Shown here piece by piece: positions 8,459 through 18,208 of a stretch of 64,000 nucleotides of DNA. The notes under the pieces were generated by a model, which saw only the letters and a list, made by a program, of their open reading frames with translations, had not been told where the DNA came from and ran no database searches. Source of the stretch: an uncultured Eubacteriales bacterium (GTDB lineage Bacteria > Bacillota > Clostridia > Christensenellales > UBA1242); NCBI GenBank assembly GCA_949031345.1, contig CARNVA010000010.1:258-64257 (forward strand), read 5' to 3'. The translations under genes were made by a program, and so were the position numbers. Positions within the stretch are counted from its first letter, which is position 1; the number at the start of each line of letters is the position of its first letter.

Positions 8459-8860
8459 TTATATTCTTCTTGTTTTAGGAGGTCTGCAACCGTTATGAGC
8501 GATTGGTGAAACATCCTTAATCATGGTTACATTAAGTTCGCAGTTTTGAAGTGAACGGATAGCAAGTTCTCTACCGCTTCCTGGTCCTTTAACGAAAACT
8601 TCAACTGTGTTGATACCATGTTCTTTAGCGACTTTTGCAGCATCTTCAACGCATGATTGAGCAGCGAATGGTGTGCTTTTCTTTGAGCCTTTAAGGCCGA
8701 GTTTTCCAGAAGAGCACCAAGAAAGAACATTGCCGTCACAATCAGTGAAACTTACAATCGTGTTGTTGAAAGAAGTTTTGATATGCACTTGTCCAGCAGA
8801 GATATTTCTGCTGACTCTCTTTTTAGTTGTCTTTTTATTTTGTGCTTGTTTAGTTGCCAT
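8459..8860 (-). CDS. rpsK: 30S ribosomal protein S11
   Basis: [30 protein letters not shown]...[11 protein letters not shown]...[17 protein letters not shown]. Confidence 0.97.
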   Translation of the reverse strand: MATKQAQNKKTTKKRVSRNISAGQVHIKTSFNNTIVSFTDCDGNVLSWCSSGKLGLKGSKKSTPFAAQSCVEDAAKVAKEHGINTVEVFVKGPGSGRELAIRSLQNCELNVTMIKDVSPIAHNGCRPPKTRRI

Positions 8861-8871
8861 AAATTATCTCC

Positions 8872-9249
8872 TTACTTACCCTTCTTAGAGCTGCCAGCAA
8901 CGACTCTCTTAGGACCTTTTCTTGTTCTTGCATTATTCTTTGTGCTTTGCCCTCTTACTGGAAGTCCTTTGCGGTGACGAACACCACGATAGCAGCCTAT
9001 TTCGATAAGCTTCTTAATGTCCATGTCGACTTTTTTACGAAGTTCACCTTCTACAAGAAGGTTGTGTTCTATATAGTTACGAAGTTTTGCAACTTGGTCA
9101 TCAGTGAGGTCTTTTACACGGATGTCAGCACTGATTCCAGTTTCTTCGCAGATTTTGTTGGAAGTCACTCTTCCAATTCCATAGATATAGGTAAGACCAA
9201 GCTCTAATCTCTTTTCTCTAGGCAGGTCTACACCAGCAATTCTTGCCAT
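8872..9249 (-). CDS. rpsM: 30S ribosomal protein S13
   Basis: [26 protein letters not shown]...[17 protein letters not shown]. Confidence 0.97.
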   Translation of the reverse strand: MARIAGVDLPREKRLELGLTYIYGIGRVTSNKICEETGISADIRVKDLTDDQVAKLRNYIEHNLLVEGELRKKVDMDIKKLIEIGCYRGVRHRKGLPVRGQSTKNNARTRKGPKRVVAGSSKKGK

Positions 9250-9273
9250 TTATTTTTCCTCCATTTTTTAATA

Positions 9274-9390
9274 TTAGCCCTGTACTTGTTTGTGTTTAGC
9301 GCTCTTAGAGCAGATGACCATAACTTTGCCATCTCTCTTGATTACTCTACACTTGTCACAAATAGGCTTAACAGATGCTCTTACTTTCAT
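9274..9390 (-). CDS. rpmJ: 50S ribosomal protein L36
   Basis: Not in the ORF track because it is too short. The minus-strand reading gives the 38-aa [38 protein letters not shown], between rpsM and infA. Confidence 0.93.
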   Translation of the reverse strand: MKVRASVKPICDKCRVIKRDGKVMVICSKSAKHKQVQG

Positions 9391-9400
9391 AATTTCTCCT

Positions 9401-9625
9401 TTATTGGCCCTTTTCTCTCCAAGTTATTCTGCCCTTAGTCAGGTCATAGGGACTCATTTCAACTTTTACTTTGTCACCTTCCAAAACTTTTATATAGTTT
9501 TTTCTAAGTTTTCCTGAAAGGTAGGTAATGATTTCATGTCCGTTGGCCAGACGAACTCTGAATGTGGTGTTTGGAAGCACTTCAACGACGCTTCCTTCAA
9601 ATTCGATAACATCTTCCTTAGACAT
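9401..9625 (-). CDS. infA: translation initiation factor IF-1
   Basis: [70 protein letters not shown]. Confidence 0.97.
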   Translation of the reverse strand: MSKEDVIEFEGSVVEVLPNTTFRVRLANGHEIITYLSGKLRKNYIKVLEGDKVKVEMSPYDLTKGRITWREKGQ

Positions 9626-9629
9626 TATT

Positions 9630-9899
9630 TCACTCCTTTTTTTGATGTATTTCTGTCAAAAATTTTCTAATTCCAGCATTTGCCCTTTCATTATGGTCAG
9701 TCACGACCTCTTCACTTAAGAGCCTTTGATCAAACAATTTGATATGTTTGAAACTTTTCTTTTTAGGCTTATTTGTTTTAAGCCTTTTTCCGTCAGATAA
9801 ATAAACATATTTATCATCAAGAGCGACCACTACGAAAAGCGAGCCTTTCTCTTTTCCGGCTGTTGCCAATACCACACTTCCAACTTTTATCATATTCAC
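9630..9899 (-). CDS. KOW-domain RNA-binding protein (the map-infA spacer gene typical of Clostridia)
   Basis: 89 aa containing [22 protein letters not shown] (KOW motif). The position between map and infA is conserved. Confidence 0.75.
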   Translation of the reverse strand: MNMIKVGSVVLATAGKEKGSLFVVVALDDKYVYLSDGKRLKTNKPKKKSFKHIKLFDQRLLSEEVVTDHNERANAGIRKFLTEIHQKKE

Positions 9900-10667
9900 C
9901 TACAATGTCCAAATTTCGATTCCATCTTTAGTGATATGAACGGTGTTTTCATAGTGTGCTGAAGGCTTTCCGTCTCGAGTAACAACGCCCCATCCGTCTT
10001 CGACAAGCCAAACTTCCTTGCGTCCCATGTTTATCATAGGCTCAATAGCAATTACAGCATTGTCTGTGACAATTGGTCCATCTGTCACTTTCCCATAGTT
10101 TGGCACATTTGGTGGCTCATGCATTGATTTTCCAATTCCGTGTCCAACCAATTCTCTCACGACTGAATAGCCGTTTTTCTCAGCATGGACTTGAATTGCA
10201 TTTGATAATTCTCCCAATCGGTGACCCACCTTAAGATTTTTTACTCCTTCAAAGAAACATTCTCTAGTGACATCAATGAGTCTTTGTTTCTCTTCAGAAA
10301 TCTTTCCGACTGGAAATGTGCGTGTTGCGTCTCCATGATAACCCTTATAGTTTACCACTAGGTCAACACTGATTATATCCCCCTCTTTAAGAATAACCGC
10401 TTCACTTGGAATGCCGTGAACAATCATTTCGTTCACAGAAGTGCAAAGCGTGGCTGGATAGCCTTCATATCCTTTGCAGGCAGGAATACCACCACTCTCT
10501 ATTATAAACTTTTCTACGAGATTGTCAAGTTGTTTGGTTGATATGCCAGGCTTTATTAAAGTTTCGGCATAAGCAAGAGCGTCACGAGTAATTTCGCATG
10601 CTTTTTTCACTAAGACAAGCTCTGCTGGAGATAAGTTGTTCACGCTTTTACTCTCCCAAGCTTTCAA
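9900..10667 (-). CDS. map: type I methionine aminopeptidase
   Basis: 255 aa with VHGIP, DLVVNYKGYHGDATRTF, VGHGIG...HEPP and EPMIN...ENTV motifs. Confidence 0.95.
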   Translation of the reverse strand: MKAWESKSVNNLSPAELVLVKKACEITRDALAYAETLIKPGISTKQLDNLVEKFIIESGGIPACKGYEGYPATLCTSVNEMIVHGIPSEAVILKEGDIISVDLVVNYKGYHGDATRTFPVGKISEEKQRLIDVTRECFFEGVKNLKVGHRLGELSNAIQVHAEKNGYSVVRELVGHGIGKSMHEPPNVPNYGKVTDGPIVTDNAVIAIEPMINMGRKEVWLVEDGWGVVTRDGKPSAHYENTVHITKDGIEIWTL

Positions 10668-11271
10668 GAAAAGCTTTTACAGGCCTATAAGTGTCCTCAG
10701 GTGTTTTATCACTTGACACCGTCAACAGCCTATCACTGTAGAAGTTTATGAGTGGTGCTGTATTTCTTTCATAAACTTCCAGACGATTTTTAATAGTTTC
10801 AGGTTTATCGTCATCACGCTGAATTAAAGTTGCACCACATTTATTGCATTCTGCTTTTGAATAATCTGATGTATTGAAAATTTCACCACACGCTGGACAA
10901 GTCCTTCTAGAAGATAATCTTTCGATAATAGTATCAAAAGCAAGGTCAACTAAAATGGCTGTGTCAATTGTTTCAATCTTTTCAAGCGCCTCTGCTTGAG
11001 CAACCGTTCTTGGAAAACCATCTAAAATGAAGCCTTTTTTGCAATCGTCATCTTGAAATCTCTTCTTGACGATTTCTATTGTCACTTCATCAGGAACAAG
11101 ACCGCCGCTCTCCATTATGCCTTTCACCTGTCTGCCAAGCTCACTGTCTTCTTTAACAATAGCTCTAAAAAGGTCACCAGTTGAAATTTGTGGAATATCA
11201 AAATCTTTTGATATCTTCTTTGCAAGAGTCCCTTTTCCACTGCCGGGAGCACCTAAAAGGATTATTTTCAT
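10648..11271 (-). CDS. adk: adenylate kinase (zinc-lid form)
   Basis: MKIILLGAPGSGKGT P-loop, and a lid reading CPACGEIFN...CNKCG. Confidence 0.96.
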   Translation of the reverse strand: MKIILLGAPGSGKGTLAKKISKDFDIPQISTGDLFRAIVKEDSELGRQVKGIMESGGLVPDEVTIEIVKKRFQDDDCKKGFILDGFPRTVAQAEALEKIETIDTAILVDLAFDTIIERLSSRRTCPACGEIFNTSDYSKAECNKCGATLIQRDDDKPETIKNRLEVYERNTAPLINFYSDRLLTVSSDKTPEDTYRPVKAFLESLGE

Positions 11272-11426
11272 AAAATTTACTCCTATAATTTATAAATTCT
11301 TTTTTTAGTATATAAAAAGAAGGTAATTTTGCCTTGTTTGAACACATGTCCATAGGGTAATGTATCTTTTTTTGCCAGTGAAGATTTCCCTCACCGGCAA
11401 ATCATATACATTTTTAAAAATAGTCG

Positions 11427-11443
11427 TGCAACATTTAGTTGCA
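11427..11443 (-). promoter_or_regulatory. palindromic hairpin TGCAAC-N5-GTTGCA, copy A (secY-adk spacer)
   Basis: TGCAACATTTAGTTGCA. The 23-nt context TCGTGCAACATTTRGTTGCAATT is repeated exactly 100 bp away. Confidence 0.5.
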
Positions 11444-11526
11444 ATTCTGTAAACTAAGTTTGCCACTAAGCTTAAGTTAAACAAAATAGATATATTTTGT
11501 ACTTTCAACTAAATTTATAACAATCG

Positions 11527-11543
11527 TGCAACATTTGGTTGCA
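11527..11543 (-). promoter_or_regulatory. palindromic hairpin TGCAAC-N5-GTTGCA, copy B (just after the secY stop)
   Basis: TGCAACATTTGGTTGCA, lying 7 nt beyond the secY stop codon at 11550-11552. Confidence 0.5.
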
Positions 11544-11549
11544 ATTTGC

Positions 11550-12848
11550 TTAGTCGAGGAAACCTTTATGATTTCTCATAAACATTTGTGCTGAAAGTTG
11601 CTTATCAAGCTCAAGCGCAACAGAAACAACAATCATAAGTCCTGTAACACTGAATGCATTGATAAGAATAGCAGCACCTGCGAAATCTCCAATTGCTTTG
11701 AAAGCAAGAGAAGGGATAAGCGCTATTATTGCAAGGAATAAAGCTCCCCAGAAAGTAATTCTGTCCGAAACCTTTCCAAGATAAACTGAAGTTTCCCTGC
11801 CAGGTCTGAAGTTTTGCACCATTCCACCCTGTTGCTGTATTCTTTTTGCTGTATCCTTAGGGTCAAAAGAAATTCTTGAGTAAAGGAAAGCAAATACAAG
11901 GATGAGAATAGCTGTCAAAACGATATATAGCCATGAATTTGTACCCATCCACTGACTGTACCATGTAACATGAGGCCAGAAGATTGAGATAATCATTTGT
12001 GGGAAAGTCAAAAGTGCTGACGCGAAAATGATTGGCATAACACCAGTCGCATTTATTCTAAGTGGAATATAGTTTGACTGCCCGCCATACATTTTTCTTC
12101 CCCTTATTTGCTTAGCATAATTTACTGTTATTCTTCGCTCACCACCATCGATAAACACGATAAGAGCAAAGATTGCAACGATTACTACTGCAAATAATAC
12201 GAGATACCAAATGAATGTGATATCTTGAGTGCAAGCTTCCACAACCTGTCCGATTGCACTGCCTGCAGATGAAAGAATACCAACGAAGATAAGAAGTGAT
12301 GTTCCATTTCCAATTCCAAGGTCTGTAATTCTTTCACCAAGCCAAACGGTAAACATACCGCCAGCCACCATTATAAGCACAACGCCCATTCCAACAAGCC
12401 ATGTTGGCATAGCTCTTGTAAGGTTTGGGTCAAGCACGCCTTGATTTGCATAACCTACGACAATGCCGACAGCTTGAGCAATTGCAAGGACAAGTGCTGC
12501 TATACGAGTGTAAAGATTGAGTTTTCTTCTGCCATCCTCACCACTCTTTGAAAGTCTTTCAAGAGCTGGAATGGCAACTGTCAAAAGTTGAATAACGATT
12601 GATGCAGTAATGTAAGGCGATACACCGAGGGCGAGTATCGAACAATTCGAAAGCGCGCCACCGCTGACCATATTCATAAGTTCAAAGAAGCCAAAAGCTG
12701 TTTTATTGTTTCCAAGTGCAAAGGTTGGATTGAAACCAACGCAAGGAATCCAACAGCCAAGCCTATAAATGAAAAGAAAAAGGAGAGTAAGAAGTATCTT
12801 ATTCCTTATTTCCTTTACCTTGAATGCGTCAATAATCGTTTTAAACAT
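11550..12848 (-). CDS. secY: preprotein translocase subunit SecY
   Basis: 432-aa polytopic protein with LALGVSPYITASIVIQLL and GGERITDLGIGNGTSLLIF, located between rplO and adk. Confidence 0.96.
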   Translation of the reverse strand: MFKTIIDAFKVKEIRNKILLTLLFLFIYRLGCWIPCVGFNPTFALGNNKTAFGFFELMNMVSGGALSNCSILALGVSPYITASIVIQLLTVAIPALERLSKSGEDGRRKLNLYTRIAALVLAIAQAVGIVVGYANQGVLDPNLTRAMPTWLVGMGVVLIMVAGGMFTVWLGERITDLGIGNGTSLLIFVGILSSAGSAIGQVVEACTQDITFIWYLVLFAVVIVAIFALIVFIDGGERRITVNYAKQIRGRKMYGGQSNYIPLRINATGVMPIIFASALLTFPQMIISIFWPHVTWYSQWMGTNSWLYIVLTAILILVFAFLYSRISFDPKDTAKRIQQQGGMVQNFRPGRETSVYLGKVSDRITFWGALFLAIIALIPSLAFKAIGDFAGAAILINAFSVTGLMIVVSVALELDKQLSAQMFMRNHKGFLD

Positions 12849-12850
12849 TA

Positions 12851-13297
12851 TTAAATCTCCTCTACTTTGCCGCCAACTTTTTCAATCTTTTCTCTTGCAC
12901 CTTTAGTAAATTTTTTAGCTTTGATTGTAAGAGGCTTAGTAAGAGTGCCATCTCCCAAAACTTTAAGACCATATTCAGAACGCTTTCCGATAAATCTTGT
13001 TTCATAGAGAAGTTCCATATCTATTACTGCATTTGCCTCAAAAGCTTCTAAGTCTCCAACATTTATGCAAGCATAACGCTTAGAGAAGTTTTTGTTGTTA
13101 AATCCTCTCATTGGGATTTTTCTGATCATTGGAATGTTTCCACCCTCGAAGCCAGGTCTAACACCGCCGCCACTACGAGCATTTTGGCCTTTGTGACCTT
13201 TTCCGCTGGTTTTGCCAATTCCACTGCCAATGCCTCTGCCTACTCTTACTTTTTTAGTAACAGCACCTTCAGCTGGTTTTAAATTATTAAGTTGCAT
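12851..13297 (-). CDS. rplO: 50S ribosomal protein L15
   Basis: MQLNNLKPAEGA...RVGRGIGSGIGKTSGKGHKGQNARSGGGVRPGFEGG. Confidence 0.96.
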   Translation of the reverse strand: MQLNNLKPAEGAVTKKVRVGRGIGSGIGKTSGKGHKGQNARSGGGVRPGFEGGNIPMIRKIPMRGFNNKNFSKRYACINVGDLEAFEANAVIDMELLYETRFIGKRSEYGLKVLGDGTLTKPLTIKAKKFTKGAREKIEKVGGKVEEI

Positions 13298-13306
13298 GCT
13301 TCCCTC

Positions 13307-13501
13307 CTATTCCTCTTCTACCACAACGAGGTGAGCAACATGATGAAGGCTTCCTCTGATAGAGTCGTTGTCAGGGAGTGTTCTAGTTTGATTAAGTTTC
13401 TTAAAGCCAAGAGCTTCGATAATTTTTGCTTGATTTTTGTTGTAACCAATGCAGCTTTTTACCCAAGTAACTTTAAGCATTTTTTCTTTCTTTTTTACCA
13501 T
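13307..13501 (-). CDS. rpmD: 50S ribosomal protein L30
   Basis: LKVTWVKSCIGYNKNQAKIIEALGFKKLNQT...IRGSLHHVAHLVVVEE. Confidence 0.93.
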   Translation of the reverse strand: MVKKKEKMLKVTWVKSCIGYNKNQAKIIEALGFKKLNQTRTLPDNDSIRGSLHHVAHLVVVEEE

Positions 13502-13511
13502 AACTCCCCCC

Positions 13512-14105
13512 TTAGATTTCCTCTACGCTTTTGCCACGGCGTCTAGCGATTTCTTCTTTTGTTTTCAAAGAAAGAAGTCCAGCCATTGTAGCTTTTACGC
13601 AGTTGATTTTGTTTGAAGAACCATGTTTTTTAGTAACGATATTTTTGATACCTGCAAGCTCAATAACAGCACGAGCGCTGCCACCTGCGATAACACCAGT
13701 ACCATCTGGAGCTGGGAGCATAAGCATATTTGTAGAAGAAAACTTTCCAATAATTTCGTGTGGGATTGTTCCGTTTACGATTGGAATGAGTTTCATATTT
13801 CTTCTTGCAATTGTAGTTGCCTTTTCAATAGCTGAGCTTACATCTTTGCTTTTGCCAATTCCAAGACCTACTTTGCCTTTGCCGTCACCAACTACAACGA
13901 GAGCTGAGAAACGGAGTGTTCTTCCACCTTTAACAACCTTTTGAACGCGTCTTACGCATACAACACGCTTGTCAAATTCGCTTCCTTCTCTATCTCTTTT
14001 TTCTCTTGGTTCACGCTTGTCATTTTTTGCTTTCCCAGAAAAGTTTTTTCTGCCCTTAGGTGAAGTTTCAGCGGCAACTTCTACTGTTTTTTCATTTTCT
14101 GCCAT
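13512..14105 (-). CDS. rpsE: 30S ribosomal protein S5 (with a basic N-terminal extension of about 30 aa)
   Basis: VVCVRRVQKVVKGGRTLRFSALVVVGDGKGKVGLGIGKSKDV. At 197 aa it is longer than the ~166 aa typical of S5. Confidence 0.96.
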   Translation of the reverse strand: MAENEKTVEVAAETSPKGRKNFSGKAKNDKREPREKRDREGSEFDKRVVCVRRVQKVVKGGRTLRFSALVVVGDGKGKVGLGIGKSKDVSSAIEKATTIARRNMKLIPIVNGTIPHEIIGKFSSTNMLMLPAPDGTGVIAGGSARAVIELAGIKNIVTKKHGSSNKINCVKATMAGLLSLKTKEEIARRRGKSVEEI

Positions 14106-14114
14106 TTTAGCCTC

Positions 14115-14483
14115 CTAAAATTTGAGTCCAGCTTCTCTAGCACCATCTGCAAGAGCCTGAACACGACCGATATAAATATAACCGCCTCTGTCGAAGACAA
14201 CTTCGCTTACACCTTTCTCTAAAGCACGCTTAGCAACTGTCTCACCGACAATCTTAGCTTGCTCTGATTTGCTTTTGCCAGCAATCAAGCCTTTAACTTC
14301 AGGGTCGATTGTAGAAGCAGAAGCAATAGTATTTCCAGCAGCATCATCAATGATTTGAGCATAGATTTGACTTAAGCTTCTGTATACAGAAAGTCTTGGT
14401 CTAACCGCAGAGCCAACAACTTTGCGTCTTACTCTCTTGTGACGAACTACTCTTTCTTGATTTTTGTCAGTTTTGTTAATCAT
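14115..14483 (-). CDS. rplR: 50S ribosomal protein L18
   Basis: [34 protein letters not shown]...[28 protein letters not shown]. Confidence 0.96.
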   Translation of the reverse strand: MINKTDKNQERVVRHKRVRRKVVGSAVRPRLSVYRSLSQIYAQIIDDAAGNTIASASTIDPEVKGLIAGKSKSEQAKIVGETVAKRALEKGVSEVVFDRGGYIYIGRVQALADGAREAGLKF

Positions 14484-14494
14484 TTGAAGTTCTC

Positions 14495-15043
14495 CTATTT
14501 CTTACCTTTTCCGGCAGCTTTTCCGACTTTTCTAATGACAACTTGGTCTGAATATCTAATTCCATAGCCATGATATGGCTCAACTGGTCTGATGTCTTTG
14601 ATATTTGAAGCAAATTGTCCAACTTTTTGTTTGTCAATACCTGTTATTGCAATTTCAGTTACACTAGGGCATGACACTTGAATGTCACTTGGAATTTCAA
14701 TCTCAACTGGGTGAGAAAGTCCAAGATTCATATTGAGTTTATTTCCACTGACATTGGCTTTGTAACCAACACCTGAAATAAGTAATGTTTTCTTAAAGCC
14801 TTCACTTACGCCTACAACCATGTTGTGAGCAAGCGCTCTGTAAAGACCATGTTTTGCGTTTGAATCAGCAGTCTCTTTTGCAATTTCAAAAGAAATGTGT
14901 TGACCATCTATTTTAACAGCAATTACGCTGTTTACTTCCTGAGTTAATGAACCTTTTGGTCCAGTAACAGTAAGAAGTCCATTCTCAAATTTAGCTGTTA
15001 CGCCAGCAGGCATAACGATAAGCTCTTTACCTATTCTTGACAT
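14495..15043 (-). CDS. rplF: 50S ribosomal protein L6
   Basis: [15 protein letters not shown]...LISGVGYKA...[16 protein letters not shown]. Confidence 0.96.
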   Translation of the reverse strand: MSRIGKELIVMPAGVTAKFENGLLTVTGPKGSLTQEVNSVIAVKIDGQHISFEIAKETADSNAKHGLYRALAHNMVVGVSEGFKKTLLISGVGYKANVSGNKLNMNLGLSHPVEIEIPSDIQVSCPSVTEIAITGIDKQKVGQFASNIKDIRPVEPYHGYGIRYSDQVVIRKVGKAAGKGKK

Positions 15044-15052
15044 GTCGCCTCC

Positions 15053-15451
15053 TTACCATACATAAGCGAGTACTTCCCCGCCTACTCCAAGTTTTCTAGC
15101 TTCTTTGTCAGTAACAATTCCCTTATTTGTAGAGATGATTGCAATTCCAAGTCCACTGATAACTTTTGGAAGTTTGTCTTTTTGTGCATATACTCTAAGA
15201 CCAGGTTTAGAAATTCTTCTAAGTCCTTGAATTACACTTTCGCCGATTTCGTCATATTTAAGGGCAACCACGATATTTTTGTGTCCACCCTCTTCACTCT
15301 CTTCGTAAGAGCGAATATAGCCTTCTTCAAGAAGGATTTTTGCAATAGCTCGTTTTTCATTTGAAGCAGGGATACTTACATTATCATGCTTTACGAGCAG
15401 CGCATTTCTAATTCTTGTAAGCATATCTGCGATTGGATCAGTAACTAACAT
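15053..15451 (-). CDS. rpsH: 30S ribosomal protein S8
   Basis: [14 protein letters not shown]...LLEEGYI...[33 protein letters not shown]. Confidence 0.96.
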   Translation of the reverse strand: MLVTDPIADMLTRIRNALLVKHDNVSIPASNEKRAIAKILLEEGYIRSYEESEEGGHKNIVVALKYDEIGESVIQGLRRISKPGLRVYAQKDKLPKVISGLGIAIISTNKGIVTDKEARKLGVGGEVLAYVW

Positions 15452-15463
15452 ATTTTCCTCCTT

Positions 15464-15649
15464 TTACCAGCTTGACTTCTTTACGCCAGGAATTTCACCT
15501 TTGTTTGCAAGTTCACGGAAGCAGATTCTGCAAATTCCGTATTTTCTTAAAACTGCATGTGGACGACCACAAAGTGAACATCTAGTGTACTCACGAGTTT
15601 TGTATTTTTGCGTTCTTTTTTGTTTTTCAACTAATGCTTTCTTTGCCAT
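15464..15649 (-). CDS. rpsN: 30S ribosomal protein S14, zinc-binding type Z
   Basis: 61 aa reading [38 protein letters not shown]. Confidence 0.95.
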   Translation of the reverse strand: MAKKALVEKQKRTQKYKTREYTRCSLCGRPHAVLRKYGICRICFRELANKGEIPGVKKSSW

Positions 15650-15657
15650 AATCTCTC

Positions 15658-16209
15658 CTATTTAGCGAAAGGCAAGCCAAGTGCCTTAAGTAATGATTTT
15701 GCTTCTGCATCAGTCTTTGCAGTAGTTACAAAAGTAATATCAAAACCCCTGATTTTTTCGACTTTTTCATACACGATTTCTGGGAAAATAAGTTGTTCTT
15801 TAATTCCCATTGAGTAATTTCCTTTGCCGTCAAATGACTTGTCAGAAATTCCTCTAAAGTCTCTCACCTTTGGAAGAGCGATTGCTGTAAGTCTGTCAAA
15901 GAATTCATACATTCTGTCTCCTCTGAGAGTAACTTTAGCACCAATCTTTTGTCCTTCTCTTAAACCGAAGTTTGAGATTGACTTTTTAGCAGTAGTTACT
16001 ACAGGCTTTTGTCCTGAAATAACTGCAAGTTCGTCAACAGCAATGTTGAAGCTTTTTGAATTTCCTTTTACTTCACCAAGTCCCATATTGAGAACGATCT
16101 TCACAAGTTTTGGCACTTCGTTTACATTTTTATAAGAAAATTCTTTTTGAAGAGCAGGCACAACTTCAGTTTTGTATTTAGCCTGAATTCTATTTTGTTC
16201 TTTTGCCAT
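15658..16209 (-). CDS. rplE: 50S ribosomal protein L5
   Basis: [10 protein letters not shown]...[38 protein letters not shown]. Confidence 0.96.
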   Translation of the reverse strand: MAKEQNRIQAKYKTEVVPALQKEFSYKNVNEVPKLVKIVLNMGLGEVKGNSKSFNIAVDELAVISGQKPVVTTAKKSISNFGLREGQKIGAKVTLRGDRMYEFFDRLTAIALPKVRDFRGISDKSFDGKGNYSMGIKEQLIFPEIVYEKVEKIRGFDITFVTTAKTDAEAKSLLKALGLPFAK

Positions 16210-16218
16210 GTTTTACCC

Positions 16219-16914
16219 CTACTTTGTTTCCTTTTTAGCTGTTGTCGACTTTTTTGTTGTTGTTTTCTTTTCTGCAGCTTCTTTAGCTGGCTTTTCAGCT
16301 TTTGCAGCAGCAGTCTTAGTTGTTGTTTTCTTGGCAGCAGTTGTTTTAGCCGGTTTTTCAGCTTTCACTTCTGTTTCTTCTGCCTTAGCAGCCTTAGCTT
16401 TTGGAGCTGCTTTTGGTTTTGTTTCTTTGCTTTCAGTTGCAGCTGTTTTTGCAGTTGTTTTCTTAGCAGCAGTCTTCTTTTCGACTGGCTTAGCTTCTTC
16501 TGCAGCTTTTTCTGTCTTAGCTGATTTGAGTTTTGCACCCTTCAATTCTTCAGCTTTGATTGTCTTCTTAGCTTCTTTCTTAGTTTGCTTTACAAACTCT
16601 TTATCAAGAGCTCCACCGCACTTCTTGCAAACACGAGCTTTCTTTCCGCCTACTTCAGCGTGAGCAACTCTTGTTGCCTTGTTGCAAACTGGGCATACAA
16701 CTTGAACATTTGAAACATCGATAGGAGCGTTTTTCTTAATAATTCCGCCCTTATCTTGCTGAGATCTTGGCTTTTGATGCTTTGAAACCATATTGATTCC
16801 ATCAACAAGCACTCTGCCTTCTCCAGCATAAACGGCTGTAACTTTTCCAGTTTTACCCTTTTCTTTTCCAGCGATTACAAGAACGGTATCGCCTGTTTTA
16901 ATTGTCATCTTCAT
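16219..16914 (-). CDS. rplX: 50S ribosomal protein L24 with a Cys4 knuckle and a ~125-aa Lys/Ala/Thr/Glu-rich C-terminal tail
   Basis: The KOW core is IKTGDTVLVIAGKEKGKTGKV, followed by CPVCNK...CKKCG. A low-complexity tail then follows (AKKTTAKTAATESKETKPKAAPKAKAAKAEE...). The protein is 231 aa, versus about 105 aa for a typical L24. Confidence 0.93.
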   Translation of the reverse strand: MKMTIKTGDTVLVIAGKEKGKTGKVTAVYAGEGRVLVDGINMVSKHQKPRSQQDKGGIIKKNAPIDVSNVQVVCPVCNKATRVAHAEVGGKKARVCKKCGGALDKEFVKQTKKEAKKTIKAEELKGAKLKSAKTEKAAEEAKPVEKKTAAKKTTAKTAATESKETKPKAAPKAKAAKAEETEVKAEKPAKTTAAKKTTTKTAAAKAEKPAKEAAEKKTTTKKSTTAKKETK

Positions 16915-16926
16915 TATGCACTCCTT

Positions 16927-17295
16927 TTATAGAACATCCGGTGCAAGAGAAATAATTTTCATATAACCCTTGTCACGAAGCTCTCTAGCGATAGGTCCAA
17001 ATACACGAGTGCCTTTTGGCTGTTTTTGGTTGTCGATGATAACAGCTGCGTTGTCATCAAAACGGATATGTGAGCCATCAGCTCTTCTAAGTCCTTTAGA
17101 AGAACGAACGATAACGGCCTTTACAACATCACCTTTTTTTACTGTTCCGCCTGGGATGGCTTTCTTAACAGCAGCAACAATGATATCACCAATGTTTCCA
17201 CTTCTTCTATAAGAGCCACCAAGAACACGAATGCACATAATTTCTTTTGCGCCTGTGTTGTCAGCAACTTTTAATCTTGTTTGAGGTTGAATCAT
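16927..17295 (-). CDS. rplN: 50S ribosomal protein L14
   Basis: [28 protein letters not shown]... Confidence 0.97.
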   Translation of the reverse strand: MIQPQTRLKVADNTGAKEIMCIRVLGGSYRRSGNIGDIIVAAVKKAIPGGTVKKGDVVKAVIVRSSKGLRRADGSHIRFDDNAAVIIDNQKQPKGTRVFGPIARELRDKGYMKIISLAPDVL

Positions 17296-17306
17296 AACGC
17301 TCCTCC

Positions 17307-17570
17307 TTACTTAGCTTTCTCTACAATTTCAACAACGCGGAAGTGCTTATCCTTTGAAAGAGGACGAGTTTCCATAATGCGAACAGTGTCACCAATTCCG
17401 CATTCATTGTTTTCATCATGAGCTTTGAATGTATTTGATTTTTGTACGACTTTTCTATAAATTGGGCTTTTTACTCTGGAAACGACCTTAACTACAACGG
17501 TTTTGTCCATTTTGCCAGCTGATACTACTACGCCTTGGCGTACTATTCTTTGATTTCTACTTGTTTCCAT
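17307..17570 (-). CDS. rpsQ: 30S ribosomal protein S17
   Basis: [17 protein letters not shown]...; the start was moved to the ATG at 17568-17570, which has GGAGG 6 nt upstream. The ORF-track ATG at 17582 lies inside that SD. Confidence 0.93.
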   Translation of the reverse strand: METSRNQRIVRQGVVVSAGKMDKTVVVKVVSRVKSPIYRKVVQKSNTFKAHDENNECGIGDTVRIMETRPLSKDKHFRVVEIVEKAK

Positions 17571-17775
17571 CGTTGCCTCCATTTGCTTCTAATTCCTTTT
17601 CTCTAAGCACGGTCTTAACTCTTGCAATGTCTTTCTTCACATTGTGAAGTGCCATTGGATTTGCAAGTGACCTAGTAGCGTGAGAGAAACGAAGATTAAA
17701 CAATTCACTATTTAATTCTTTAAGTTTTGCGTTAAGCTCTGCAACTGATAGATACTTGATATCGTTAATTTTCAT
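17557..17775 (-). CDS. rpmC: 50S ribosomal protein L29
   Basis: [49 protein letters not shown]. Confidence 0.94.
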   Translation of the reverse strand: MKINDIKYLSVAELNAKLKELNSELFNLRFSHATRSLANPMALHNVKKDIARVKTVLREKELEANGGNDGNK

Positions 17776-18208
17776 CTTTCACACCACCTTTTGCAAGTTC
17801 ATCTGTTTTTTTGATAAATTTTGTTTTGCATGGAAGTTTGTGTCCGCAAAGTCTTAAAGCTTCACGAGCAACCTCTTCGCTTACACCTTCGATTTCGAAA
17901 AGCACTCTGCCAGGTTTAACAACTGCAACCCAAAATTCTGGAGAACCTTTACCTGAACCCATACGAGTTTCAGCAGGTTTTTTAGTAACAGGCTTATCAG
18001 GGAAGATTTTAATCCAAACTTTACCGTCACGGCGTGTATATCTTGTTAAAGCAATACGAGCTGCTTCGATTTGGTTTGACTTGATCCAGCATGGCTCTGT
18101 TGCGATAATTCCGTAAGTGCCATAAGCAAGAGTGTTTCCTCTTGTTGCCTTTCCTGTCATTCTGCCTCTAAAAACTTTTCTTCTTTTAACTCTTTTAGGC
18201 ATCAACAT
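17765..18208 (-). CDS. rplP: 50S ribosomal protein L16
   Basis: [25 protein letters not shown]...[11 protein letters not shown]...[24 protein letters not shown]. Confidence 0.97.
   Translation of the reverse strand: MLMPKRVKRRKVFRGRMTGKATRGNTLAYGTYGIIATEPCWIKSNQIEAARIALTRYTRRDGKVWIKIFPDKPVTKKPAETRMGSGKGSPEFWVAVVKPGRVLFEIEGVSEEVAREALRLCGHKLPCKTKFIKKTDELAKGGVKDEN

Noticed and set aside
11305-11508. A 67-aa minus-strand ORF in the secY-adk spacer.
   Set aside because: It has no ribosome-binding site and an odd composition, and it spans the hairpin repeats. The region is better explained as a structured non-coding spacer.
16147-16663. Two long plus-strand ORFs (125 and 151 aa) rich in Cys, Phe, Ser, Ala and Val.
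   Set aside because: They are antisense shadows of the Lys/Ala/Thr/Glu-rich tail of L24. They have no SD, are low complexity and lie entirely inside a certain ribosomal gene. The same reasoning applies to the dozens of other 60-140-aa antisense ORFs in the track that overlap r-protein, secY, cadA, ktrB and giant-protein genes.
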